64,000 nucleotides of DNA from an uncultured Gemmatimonadales bacterium (GCA_963779755.1 CAVZZO010000003.1:160001-224000); one strand, 5' to 3'. Counted from the stretch's first letter, positions 1-11,903 are shown. Notes: generated from the sequence alone by a model not told the origin. Numbers and translations are program-made.

Positions 1-1174
1 CCACGGGAAGACGGCGGGAGCGAGCCTCGGGACGGGGCGGCGGGTCGAAGGTCTCGCGCACCGGCCGATAGAGGCTGTCGCGCTCAACCGGGCGCTTCCC
101 CGCCCCACGGATGAGGTCCACCAGCCCCTCGTAGGACATGCCCATGTCGGTCCGGGCGCCCGCTTCGTGATAGACGCGTTCGTAGATGACGGTGCCCTCG
201 ACGTCGTCGCAGCCGAAGCCCAGCGCGATCTGGGAGAGAAAGGGCGTGACCATGGGCCAATGGGTCTTCACGTGGGGAATGCTGTCGAGGAAGAGCCGGC
301 CCACCGCAATGGCCTTCAGGTCTTCATAGCCGGTGGTGGCGGTGCCGGCGCGGCCCAGCTCATCGCCCAGCTCGTTGTGATCGGGGTGATACGCCAGCGG
401 GATGTAGGTAAGGAAGCCGCCGGTTCCGTCCTGCAGGCCGCGCAGCATGCTCAGGTGCTCGATCCGATCGTCGATGGTTTCGACGTGGCCGTACAGCATG
501 GTGCAATTGGTGGGGATGCCGAGCCGGTGCGCGGTCCGGTGGACCTCCAGCCATTCCTGCCCGGTCAGCTTCCGCTCGGCGATAGTGGCGCGCACCGCCG
601 TGCTGAAGACTTCGGCGCCGCCGCCCGGCAGGCTGGTGAGCCCCGCCTGCTTGAGCCGCTGCAATACCTCGGCCGTCGTGGTTTTCTCGATCCGGGCCAG
701 GTGGGCGATCTCCACCGCCGTGAGCGCCTTGATGTGCACGCCCGGGTGGCGCTCCTTGAGGCCGCGGATCATGTCTTCGTAGTAGCTGAGCCGCAGCTTG
801 GGATGCAGCCCGCCCACGATGTGGAACTCGCGGGTAGGCGAGCCGACCGCCTGCTCGGCCTCGAGGAAGACCTCGTCCAGGCTGCGGGTATAGGCGCCGT
901 CTTCCTTCGGGGTGCGGGCGAAGGAACAGAAGACGCAGGTCTTGCGCAGAATACAGACGTTGGTCGGGTTGAGGTGCTGATTAGCGGAGAAAAACACCCG
1001 GTCGCCGTTGGCGCGCGCATTGGCGAAATCGGCCATGGCGCCCAGGGCCAGCAGATCGGACGTGGCGTAGAGTGCGCGCGCATCGGCGGCCTGCAGCCGG
1101 GTGCCGGCCAGCACTTTCTCGGCGACAGGACGAAGCGCGGGGTCCTGGAAGCGTGCTGGATCGAGCTGTGCCAT
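1..1174 (-). CDS. mqnE: Aminofutalosine synthase (radical SAM, futalosine menaquinone pathway); 3' end runs off the window
   Basis: Manual translation (not in the ORF track): MAQLDPARF...HLNPTNVCILRKTCVFCSFAR...EFHIVGGLHP...SLPGGGAEVF...NCTMLYGHVE...RPVERDSLY, which are CofH/MqnC/MqnE family motifs. Confidence 0.85.
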   Translation of the reverse strand, partial: MAQLDPARFQDPALRPVAEKVLAGTRLQAADARALYATSDLLALGAMADFANARANGDRVFFSANQHLNPTNVCILRKTCVFCSFARTPKEDGAYTRSLDEVFLEAEQAVGSPTREFHIVGGLHPKLRLSYYEDMIRGLKERHPGVHIKALTAVEIAHLARIEKTTTAEVLQRLKQAGLTSLPGGGAEVFSTAVRATIAERKLTGQEWLEVHRTAHRLGIPTNCTMLYGHVETIDDRIEHLSMLRGLQDGTGGFLTYIPLAYHPDHNELGDELGRAGTATTGYEDLKAIAVGRLFLDSIPHVKTHWPMVTPFLSQIALGFGCDDVEGTVIYERVYHEAGARTDMGMSYEGLVDLIRGAGKRPVERDSLYRPVRETFDPPPRPEARSRRLPV

Positions 1175-1192
1175 CGCCGCTCCTACGGCCGG

Positions 1193-1256
1193 AGAGTGGG
1201 CAGAACGGGCAGAGTGGGCCGTGGCGGCGCCTGCCCACTCCGCCCACTCTGTTCCA
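1193..1256. repeat. Inverted pair of 9-nt tandem repeats (AGAGTGGGC x3 / CTGCCCACT-like x3)
   Basis: agagtgggc agaacgggc agagtgggc ... ctgcccact ccgcccact ctgttcc. Confidence 0.85.
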
Positions 1257-1284
1257 TCAATCTAGCCTCTCGAACCGCCCTCAT

Positions 1285-2121
1285 TCAACGCCTCGCTTCG
1301 GTCAATCGCCGGTAGCTGGCCAGGTGCTGGATGGCACCGCGCTTGTCGCCGCGCCTCTCCAGCAGGCGGGCGAGATTGAAGTGGGCGTCGGCCGAGTCCG
1401 GATCGGCGGCCACGGCCCGTTCATACGCCCGGATGGCCTCCGCCGGCCGGTTCAGATCCTCCAGCGCAATCCCGAGGTTGAACGCGGCCTCGGCCAGGCG
1501 GGGGGCCGCCGCCAGGGCCGCCTCGTATTCGCGTGCGGCCCCCCGGACATCGCCCGACTCGTAGAGCAGCAGCCCCAGCGCCGCATGGGCCGCGGCGTGC
1601 CCCGGCTCCAGCGCGAGGACCCGCTGGTAGGCATCGCGGGCCTGGGCAGGCTGCGCCAGCTCCAGCTCCTGGCCCAGCTGGTACCAGTCCTCGGCGCCGA
1701 CCCGGGCGGGCTCGGCCCGGGCCTGGCTGGCCGCTTGTCGCGCCAGCGGCGCCACCAGCGGGACCAGCTCGGAGACGGCGAAATCGAACTGGAGCTGGCC
1801 GTCCGCCGGATTCCAGGTTGACTCTTCATCCCGGGCCAGGACCTGGCCATCCACCGCCATGATGCGCAGACCGGTGAGCGGCCGCCCCAGCGGCAGCTGT
1901 TTCCGGAGCCGGCGCAGCGCCCGCAGGACCGTCCGGGGGGAGACCCTGGCTTCGGTCAGCTCCCGGGCGGTGCGCAGCAGCACGACGTCCTGGAACGAGA
2001 AGCGGTACGCGCCCCGGGGGGCGCGATCCGGCTGGATGAATCCCGCGCGGGCGTAGCGCCGTACCTGCCAGACGGAGAGACCGAGCAGATCGGCGACATC
2101 GCGCGTACCATAACGCTTCAT
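1285..2121 (-). CDS. MerR-type HTH plus tetratricopeptide-repeat protein
   Basis: N-terminus YGTRDVADLLGLSVWQVRRYARAGFIQP...YRFSFQDVVLLR (MerR HTH); C-terminal TPRs (AEAAFNLGIALEDLNRPAEAIRAYERAVAADP, ADAHFNLARLLE). Confidence 0.85.
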   Translation of the reverse strand: MKRYGTRDVADLLGLSVWQVRRYARAGFIQPDRAPRGAYRFSFQDVVLLRTARELTEARVSPRTVLRALRRLRKQLPLGRPLTGLRIMAVDGQVLARDEESTWNPADGQLQFDFAVSELVPLVAPLARQAASQARAEPARVGAEDWYQLGQELELAQPAQARDAYQRVLALEPGHAAAHAALGLLLYESGDVRGAAREYEAALAAAPRLAEAAFNLGIALEDLNRPAEAIRAYERAVAADPDSADAHFNLARLLERRGDKRGAIQHLASYRRLTEARR

Positions 2122-2197
2122 CCGAGAAGTCTCGGAAACGAACAAGGCGACCCGCCGGGCCGCCTCGCAAGGAACCACGCGTCGGACGGGCGCATGC

Positions 2198-3073
2198 TCA
2201 GCCGGAGGAAGCCTTCCTGCTGGTCTTGCGGCCCGCGCTCTTGGCCCGCGAACGACTGGGTGGCTTGCGCTCGGACTTTTCCTCCGCCGCGGCGCCGCTC
2301 TTCTTCTTGGCCAGGCTGGCCTTCAGGGCATCCATGATGTCGATGATCTTGGCCTCCGGCTCCGGCTCGGCGGCCGCGACGATCTCCTCGCCCTCGACCT
2401 TGCGCTGGATCAGCGCCTGCACCCGCTCCTTGACCTCGTCCTTGTACTCTTCGGGGCGGAACTCGTCCGACCTGGTCTGCTCGATGAGCTGGACGGCCAG
2501 CTTGACCTCGGCGTCCTTGACCTTCCCGTCTCCCAGGGGCACCTCGGAGAAGGGACGGATCTCGTCGGCATAGTGGAGCTGTTCCATGATCAGGCCTTCG
2601 TCGCGCGGGCGCAGCATGACCAGATACTGCTTGCCCCGGGCGGCGTACTTGCCCAGGGCCACCATCCCCGTCTGGCGCATGGCCTCGCCCAGCAGACGAT
2701 AGGCCCGGTCTCCGCCCTTGTCGGGGCCCAGGTAGTAGGCCTTGTCGTAATAGACCGGATCGACCTGGTCGCCCGGGACGAACTCGGTAATTTCGATGGC
2801 TTCTTTCGAGACTTCCTCCAACGCCTTCAGCTCCTCGGGATTGAAGAGCACGTACTGCCCCTTGGAGAATTCGTAGCCTTTGACGATATCGTTGCGGTCC
2901 ACCACTTCCTCGTCTTTGGGGCACCAGTACTGCTGCTTCAGGCGGGTCCCGCACTTGGCATGGACCATATTGAAGGAAATGCCGGACGAGGGCTGGCTTG
3001 CGGAATAGAGCTTGACCGGGACGGTCACCAACCCGAAAGAGATCGTGGCGTTAGCCAGGGGGCGAGGAGGCAT
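2198..3073 (-). CDS. ku: Non-homologous end-joining protein Ku
   Basis: ISFGLVTVPVKLYSA, IVKGYEFSKGQYV, IEITEFVP..VDPVYYDKAYYLGP, F.PEEYKD, IIDIMDALKASL and a basic tail; alternative ATG at 3079. Confidence 0.95.
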   Translation of the reverse strand: MPPRPLANATISFGLVTVPVKLYSASQPSSGISFNMVHAKCGTRLKQQYWCPKDEEVVDRNDIVKGYEFSKGQYVLFNPEELKALEEVSKEAIEITEFVPGDQVDPVYYDKAYYLGPDKGGDRAYRLLGEAMRQTGMVALGKYAARGKQYLVMLRPRDEGLIMEQLHYADEIRPFSEVPLGDGKVKDAEVKLAVQLIEQTRSDEFRPEEYKDEVKERVQALIQRKVEGEEIVAAAEPEPEAKIIDIMDALKASLAKKKSGAAAEEKSERKPPSRSRAKSAGRKTSRKASSG

Positions 3074-3081
3074 AGGCATTG

Positions 3082-3110
3082 ACGATATCACTTAAGTGCA
3101 ATGGCCGCAA
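3082..3110 (-). promoter_or_regulatory. Putative sigma70 promoter for ku (TTGCGG-N17-TATCGT, extended -10 TG) with the dyad CACTTAAGTG in the spacer
   Basis: Minus strand reads ttgcgg ccattgcacttaagtga tatcgt caatgcct ATG. Confidence 0.5.
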
Positions 3111-3174
3111 TACCTAACGTACCCCCCCCCTTCCCCCCCTCCCAACGGCGGCCGGACGGCAAGGAGGTGGCGAG

Positions 3175-5708
3175 GTGAAGGGCGGGAAGCTTTCCGAGTA
3201 CCGGGCGAAACGGTCGGCCGAGCGCACCACCGAGCCCTTCGGGGGCGCGGCGGGCGAGGGCGGCGTCCTGGGCTTCGTGGTCCAGAAGCACTGGGCAAGC
3301 CATATGCACTACGACTTCCGGCTGGAATGGGGCGGCGTGCTCCTCTCCTGGGCGGTGCCCAAGGGTCCCTCCCCCGATCCGGCGGACAAGCGCCTGGCCA
3401 TGCATGTCGAAGACCACCCGCTGGAGTACGCCGACTTCGAAGGAATCATCCCCGAAGGCAACTACGGCGCCGGGGCGGTCATCGTCTGGGATCGCGGCAC
3501 CTGGACACCGCTCAACGATATCGACGAAGGTCTGAAGAGCGGCAAACTTCTGTTCGATCTGCACGGCTTCAAGCTCAAGGGCCGCTGGACGCTGGTGAAG
3601 GTGAAACGGGGCCCCAAGGAATGGCTCCTGATCAAGGAGCGCGACGGGTATGTCCGGGAGGGCGGCGCGGCGCTCCTGCCCCAGGAATCGGTGGTCTCGG
3701 GACTCACCGTCGAGGAACTGCGGGAGGGCAGGAACCCGGCCGCCGAGCTGGAGCAGGCCCTGGCAGCGACCGGCGCCCCCAGGCGGGCACTGAACGCCGG
3801 GGATGTGGGCATCATGCTGGCCGAACCGCGGAAGGAGCCGTTCAGCCGGAAAGGCTGGCTCTTCGAGCCCAAGCTGGACGGGTACCGGATCATCGCCGGG
3901 AAGCAGGAGGACCGGGTCGCCCTGCTCTCCCGGAACGGGAACGACCTGACCGGTACATTCCCCGAGGTCGCGCGGGCCGTGGGGCTCCTGCCCGTCCAGG
4001 CGCTGGTTCTCGACGGCGAAGTCGTGGTGCCCGATGAGCGCGGCGTGCCCAGCTTCCAGGCGCTGCAGAAACGGGGCGGCCTGAGCAAACCGGCCGACGT
4101 CGCCCGGATGGCGCGGGAGCTCCCGGCGCAGTACTACGTGTTCGACCTGCCGGGAGCACTGGGGCGCGACCTGCGCGGGCTCCCCCTGGCCCGCCGCAAG
4201 GAACTGCTCCAGCAGGTGGTGCCGCCCACCGGTCTGCTGCGCTACACCGAGCATTTCGCCACCGACGGCGAGCTGGTCTACGAGCAGGCGCGGAAGATGG
4301 GCTTCGAAGGCATGGTGGCGAAGAAGGCCGACAGTCCCTACCGGAGCGGCCGGTCGGGCGACTGGCTCAAGATCCGGGCGGATCATACCGGCGACTTCGC
4401 CGTGGTGGGCTTCACCCGGCCCAAGGGGAACCGCAGCGGCTTCGGTGCGCTGCAGCTGGCCGCGTGGGACGGCACCCAGCTGGCCTATGTCGGCCGGGTG
4501 GGCACGGGGTTCTCCGATGCCCAGCTGGAGGAGGTGGCCAGCCTGCTGGAAGAGGCGAAGCGCACCAGTCCCCCCTGCTGTAACGCCCCCCCGACCGGGC
4601 GACGACCTGGGTGGAGCCCGCGGTGGTGGTGGAGGTGCGCTACCGCGAGTGGACCGAGCAGGGCCTCCTGCGCCACCCGGTGTTCCTCCGCTTCCGGCCC
4701 GACAAGGATCCCGAGCAGTGCGAGATGCCGGCGGAGCCCGGCGCGCCGGCCTCGGCTCCGAAGGCTGTTGCTCCACCTTCCGCCGCACCCGCGGCCGCAC
4801 CGGCATCGGCGGCGCGGGTGGTGAACTTCACCAATCTGGAGAAGGTCTTCTGGCCGGAGGAGGGCTCCACCAAGGGGGACCTGATCGAGTACTACCGCGC
4901 GGTGGCGCCCGCCTTGCTCCCCTACCTCAAGGACCGGCCGGTGGTGCTCACCCGCTATCCCGACGGCATCGCGGGCAAGTCGTTCTTTCAGAAGGACGCG
5001 CCGGCGTTCGCGCCGTCCTGGGTACGCACCGAGACCATCTGGAGCGGGGGCTCGGAGCGGGAGTTGCGCTATTTCATCTGCAACGACCTGGAAACGCTGC
5101 TCTATCTCGCCAACATGGGGACCATTCCCCTGCACGTCTGGGCCAGCCGCCTGGGCAGCCTGGAGCGGCCCGACTGGTGCATTCTCGACCTGGATCCGAA
5201 GGAGGCGCCCTTTGCGCATGTCATCCAGGTGGCCACGGCGCTGCACCGGCTCTGCCGCGACATCCGGCTGCCGCATTACGTCAAGACCAGCGGATCCACC
5301 GGCCTGCACGTGCTTGTTCCCCTGGGCCGGCAGTTCACCTTCGAGCAGTGCCGCTCGCTGGGCGAGCTGCTGGCCCGGGTGGTGGTCTCCGAGCTCCCGG
5401 AGATCGCTACGATCATCCGGCGGCCCGGGAGCCGCGGCGGCAAGGTGTACGTGGATTTCCTGCAGAACGGCCACGGCAAGCTGCTGGTGGCCCCCTACAG
5501 CGCCCGCCCCCGCCCCGGGGCGACGGTTTCTGCTCCGTTGGACTGGAAAGAGGTGAACCGCAAGCTCACCATGGAGCAGTTCACCATCCGCAGCATGCCC
5601 CAGCGCCTCAAGCGCAAGCGGAAGGACCCCCTGCTGCCGGTGTTGAGCGAGGTACCCGATCTGGCGGGGGTGCTGGAGCGGCTGGTGGCGCGGGGGGGAC
5701 GAGCGTAA
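3175..5708 (+). pseudogene. ligD: DNA ligase D (phosphoesterase-ligase-polymerase) split by a single frameshift at the C7 run 4586-4592; may be an intact gene with an assembly error
   Basis: PE motif FVVQKHWASHMHYDFRLE and ligase motifs EPKLDGYR, EGMVAKK in ORF 3175-4824; LRHPVFLRFRPDK and polymerase motifs DLDP, KTSGSTGLH in ORF 4611-5708; AGGAGG upstream of the GTG. Confidence 0.9.
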
Positions 5709-5794
5709 CCTCGACCCCCTCGACCTTCTCGACCCCTCGACCTCTTCAAGATCGTTGCGATCCCTGGCAGGTCGAGGGCGTCGAGAGAGTCGAG
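5709..5794. repeat. Inverted pair of ~9-nt tandem repeats (CTCGACCYY x4 / GTCGAG-core x3) between convergent ligD and tRNA
   Basis: cctcgacccc ctcgacctt ctcgaccc ctcgacct ... ggtcgagggc gtcgagaga gtcgag. Confidence 0.85.
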
Positions 5795-5810
5795 CCAGAG
5801 CTGCTCACCA

Positions 5811-5897
5811 CGGACAGGGTGGGATTCGAACCCACGAGACCCTTGCGGGCCCACCGGTTTTCGAGACCGGCTCCTTCAGCCACTCGGACACCTGTCC
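5811..5897 (-). tRNA. tRNA-Ser (anticodon CGA), long variable arm, CCA not encoded
   Basis: GGACAGGTGTCCGAGTGGCTGAAGGAGCCGGT-CTCGAAA-ACCGGTGGGCCCGCAAGGGTCTCGTGGGTTCGAATCCCACCCTGTCCG; the acceptor stem, D arm, T loop and variable arm all fold. Confidence 0.95.
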
Positions 5898-6011
5898 CAA
5901 GGGCGGCAAAGTTATCGCCGGAGCGATGGATGTTCAACGCCTGTGGCGAGGGTCACCGCAGAGGGACGGCCCGGTGGGTATCGATGGGCCGGATAGTCGC
6001 CAGTCGTTCAT

Positions 6012-6047
6012 CGCACGCCTCACGTCTTACGTCTCATCTCTTACGTC
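6012..6047. repeat. 7-nt tandem repeat (CTYACGT-like x5), single arm
   Basis: cgcacgc ctcacgt cttacgt ctcatct cttacgt. Confidence 0.75.
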
Positions 6048-6056
6048 TTTCTGACC

Positions 6057-6971
6057 ATGGCCTCATCCTCCCCCAGCCTTCCCACCCGCCCGCTGGGCCG
6101 CACCGGTGAGGAGGTGTCGCTGGTGGGCCTGGGCGGTTTCCACCTGGGCATCCCTTCCGAGGACGAGGCCATCGGCATCGTCCGCCAGGCGCTGGATGGC
6201 GGGATCACCTTTCTGGACAATTCGTGGGATTACAACGACGGACTCAGCGAGATCCGGATGGGAAAGGCCTTGAGGGACGGGTATCGCGACCGTGCCTTTC
6301 TGATGACCAAGATCGACGGCCGCACCAGCGCCTCCGCGGCGCGGCAGCTGGAGGAGTCGCTGGAGCGGCTGCAGACCGATCATCTCGACCTGCTGCAGTT
6401 CCACGAGGTGATCCGTCCCTCCGACCCTGAACGTATCTTCGCGCCCGGCGGCGCGCTGGAGGCGGTGCTGGAAGCGCGGGAGGCAGGCAAGGTCCGGTTC
6501 ATCGGGTTCACCGGCCACAAGAGCCCGGCCATACACACCCGGATGCTGGAGATCGCCCTGGCGAACCGGTTCCGGTTCGATACGGTGCAGATGCCGCTCA
6601 ACGTGATGGATGCCCACTTCGACAGCTTCGAGCGCCAGGTGCTGCCGCTGCTCCAGGACCAGGGCATCGGCATCCTGGGGATGAAGTCGATGGGCGATCC
6701 GTTCATTCTGCACAGCGGGATCGTCACGCCCCTGGAGTGCCTGCACTATGCCATGAGCCTGCCGGTGAGCGTGGTGATCACCGGGTGCGAATCGCGGGAG
6801 CGGGTGGAACAGGCGCTGCAGGCGGCCCGGAGCTTCCGGCCCTTCACGCCGGCCGACCGCGAAGCCCTCCTGGCCCGCACCGCGCCGGCCGCCGGGAACG
6901 GCCGCTATGAGCTCTACAAGAGCACGGAGACTTTCGATTCCACCAGCCGGAACCCGGCCTGGCTGGGATGA
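6057..6971 (+). CDS. Aldo/keto reductase
   Basis: RPLGRTGEEVSLVGLGG, FLDNSWDYNDGLSE, FLMTK, SLERLQTDHLDLLQFH, GKVRFIGFTGH. Confidence 0.9.
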   Translation: MASSSPSLPTRPLGRTGEEVSLVGLGGFHLGIPSEDEAIGIVRQALDGGITFLDNSWDYNDGLSEIRMGKALRDGYRDRAFLMTKIDGRTSASAARQLEESLERLQTDHLDLLQFHEVIRPSDPERIFAPGGALEAVLEAREAGKVRFIGFTGHKSPAIHTRMLEIALANRFRFDTVQMPLNVMDAHFDSFERQVLPLLQDQGIGILGMKSMGDPFILHSGIVTPLECLHYAMSLPVSVVITGCESRERVEQALQAARSFRPFTPADREALLARTAPAAGNGRYELYKSTETFDSTSRNPAWLG

Positions 6972-6981
6972 AGGAGGAGTG

Positions 6982-7368
6982 ATGGTCTTTCCATTCCTCG
7001 CACGGTACAGCGAGGTCGCGCTACTACTGCTGCGCCTCCTGATCGCGGCGGTCTTCGCCTCGAGCGGCTGGTCGCATGCCACTCGCCCGCAGGAACGGGC
7101 CGGGAGCGTCGGCATGCCGGCCGGCGCCACGATGGTGCTGGGCATTGCCGAACTGGCAGGCGCGGTGTCCCTGGCCCTGGGCTTCTATGCGCAGCTGGGC
7201 GCCATGCTGCTCGCCCTCGTAATGCTGGGAGCGATTTACAAGAAGATGTTCGTCTGGCAGACGGGGTTCTGGGGCGGCGAGAGCAACGGCTGGTACTATG
7301 ACCTGCTGTATCTGGTCTGCAACCTCGTGATCCTCACTGCGGGTGCCGGCGCCCTGGCGGTTACCTGA
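6982..7368 (+). CDS. DoxX family membrane protein
   Basis: Four hydrophobic segments, LLLRLLIAAVF, AELAGAVSLALG, GAGALA end; AGGAGG ribosome-binding site. Confidence 0.85.
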   Translation: MVFPFLARYSEVALLLLRLLIAAVFASSGWSHATRPQERAGSVGMPAGATMVLGIAELAGAVSLALGFYAQLGAMLLALVMLGAIYKKMFVWQTGFWGGESNGWYYDLLYLVCNLVILTAGAGALAVT

Positions 7369-7378
7369 GTGGGTAGAT

Positions 7379-7435
7379 CGTGAGGCGTGAGGGGTAACAC
7401 GATCCCCAGCACGCCTCACGCCTCACCCTTACGTC
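7379..7435. repeat. Inverted pair of 7-nt tandem repeats (CGTGAGG / CCTCACG) between convergent doxX and yceI
   Basis: cgtgagg cgtgagg ggtaa ... gcacg cctcacg cctcacc cttacg. Confidence 0.85.
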
Positions 7436-7993
7436 CTACGATTTCACCGCCTGCACTTCAAGGTGGATCTTCAGCTGATTTCCGACGAGGATACCGCCGG
7501 TCTCCAGCGCCTGATTCCAGGTCAGGCCGAACTGGCGGCGGTCGATGGCCGTGTCGGCGGTGAAGGACAACCGCTCACCGCCCCAGGGGTCCTTCCCCTG
7601 CCCTTCATAGGTGACGTCCAGAGTCACTTCCCTGGTGGTCCCCCGGATAGTGAGATCCCCCACCACCGTGAAGCTGTCGCCTTCGCGCTGGTAGGCACCC
7701 TGCACCCGCTTGCTGCTGAAGCGGATTTCCGGATGGTGCTCCACGTCGAGAAAATCGCCGGACCGGAGGTGATTGTCCCGGTCCTCGACGCCGGTCGAGA
7801 TGGTGGATGCGTCGATGATGACGTGTACCTGCGACTCTTCCGGGTTACCCTCGTCCGCCTCGATGCCGCCTTCCACGCCGCTGAAACGGCCTTTCACCGT
7901 CGTGATCATCATGTGTTTCGCCGCCACTTCCACCAGCGTATGCGCCGGATCGATCTTCCAGGTAGTGACCTGCGTGCCGGTTTGTGTTGCCAT
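7436..7993 (-). CDS. YceI family polyisoprenoid-binding protein
   Basis: WKIDPAHT, KHMMITTVKGRF, RDNHLRSGDFLD, GDLTIRG, DPWG, FGLTWNQALETGG; GGAGG site upstream. Confidence 0.92.
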   Translation of the reverse strand: MATQTGTQVTTWKIDPAHTLVEVAAKHMMITTVKGRFSGVEGGIEADEGNPEESQVHVIIDASTISTGVEDRDNHLRSGDFLDVEHHPEIRFSSKRVQGAYQREGDSFTVVGDLTIRGTTREVTLDVTYEGQGKDPWGGERLSFTADTAIDRRQFGLTWNQALETGGILVGNQLKIHLEVQAVKS

Positions 7994-8151
7994 GGTTCCC
8001 TCCTCCAGAATCGACGTCCTGCCGGTTAACGATGTGCCGGTTCCGGCGGCACCGCCGGAACGGGGTTGAGCCGCCGGATCCACCCGGCGAATTCCTGCAG
8101 AAACGCCCCGACGACTCGCCGCGTGCCGGCGTCGATCGCCGTGGTGATGGA

Positions 8152-8190
8152 TGTCACAACATCTTGTGTGATAACATTCATTGTTGCACA
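8152..8190. promoter_or_regulatory. Putative MarR operator repeats TGT-N4-ACA upstream of yceI
   Basis: TGTCACAACA (8152-8161) and TGTGATAACA (8167-8176) in an AT-rich island; the same motif occurs upstream of marR. Confidence 0.5.
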
Positions 8191-8199
8191 AAAACTCCT

Positions 8200-8661
8200 C
8201 TAGAGCTGCGCCCGGATCCGCTCCAGCAGATCCACCAGCACCACCCGTTCGCTGGCCGAGAGGCCGGCCAGGACCTCCAGCTGGCTGGCAACCGCGGGAC
8301 CGGCGGCCTCTAACAACCTCAGGCCGTCCGCGGTGATGCGGTTGGTTACGAACCGCCGGTCGTTCCCTTCCCTGGCCCGCGCCACCAGGCCCATCTCTTC
8401 CAGGCGGTCGAGCAGACGCGTGGCATCCGGAACCCGGGCGACCAGCCGGTCGCGGACCTCGTTGCGGCAGAGGCCGCCCTTGCCCGCCCCCCGCAGGATT
8501 CGCAGAGCGTTGTACTGCGTAGGCGTGATTCCATGGGGCCGGAGCAGTTCCGCCAGGCTGTGCTCCAGCAGCGCCGCCGTCCGGGCAATGCCCAGAATGG
8601 CCTCTTCCTCTATTGCGAAGGGCCGGGACTGTTTGATCTCGGCCTGCAGCGTACCTGACAT
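8200..8661 (-). CDS. MarR family transcriptional regulator
   Basis: HGITPTQYNALRILRG, VPDATRLLDRLEEMGLVAR, DRR...IT..G. Confidence 0.9.
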   Translation of the reverse strand: MSGTLQAEIKQSRPFAIEEEAILGIARTAALLEHSLAELLRPHGITPTQYNALRILRGAGKGGLCRNEVRDRLVARVPDATRLLDRLEEMGLVARAREGNDRRFVTNRITADGLRLLEAAGPAVASQLEVLAGLSASERVVLVDLLERIRAQL

Positions 8662-8668
8662 ACCGGGA

Positions 8669-8696
8669 AATATAGGTGTTGTAACATGTATGTCAA
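8669..8696 (-). promoter_or_regulatory. Putative sigma70 promoter for marR (TTGACA-N16-TATATT) with a TGTTACAACA operator in the spacer; leaderless start
   Basis: Minus strand reads ttgaca tacatgttacaacacc tatatt tcccggt ATG. Confidence 0.6.
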
Positions 8697-8706
8697 GGGA
8701 GGCGGA

Positions 8707-11797
<3,091 letters not shown>

Positions 11798-11888
11798 TTC
11801 CTCACCTTCCTGTAAGGCATTCTGATACCGCCATTTATGGCATTACATCTCGAATTGGAGTGACGCCAGATCTCCCGACCACCTCAGG

Positions 11889-11903
11889 GCAATCGCTGTA
11901 CCC
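11889..11903 (-). promoter_or_regulatory. Putative sigma54 (-24/-12) promoter for clpB
   Basis: GGGTAC-AGCGA-TTGC has exact GG-N10-GC spacing and is close to TGGCAC-N5-TTGC. Confidence 0.45.

Noticed and set aside
5709..5794. Repeat arrays as CRISPR or classical Rho-independent terminators
   Set aside because: Units are 7-9 nt with no unique spacers and no cas genes nearby; no U-tract follows the stems.
1285..5897. NHEJ cluster as an island integrated at tRNA-Ser
   Set aside because: No integrase, no duplicated tRNA 3' end and no evident compositional shift.
5811..5897. tRNA-Sec, given selB in the window
   Set aside because: The anticodon is CGA and the acceptor stem is 7 bp, so it is an ordinary tRNA-Ser.
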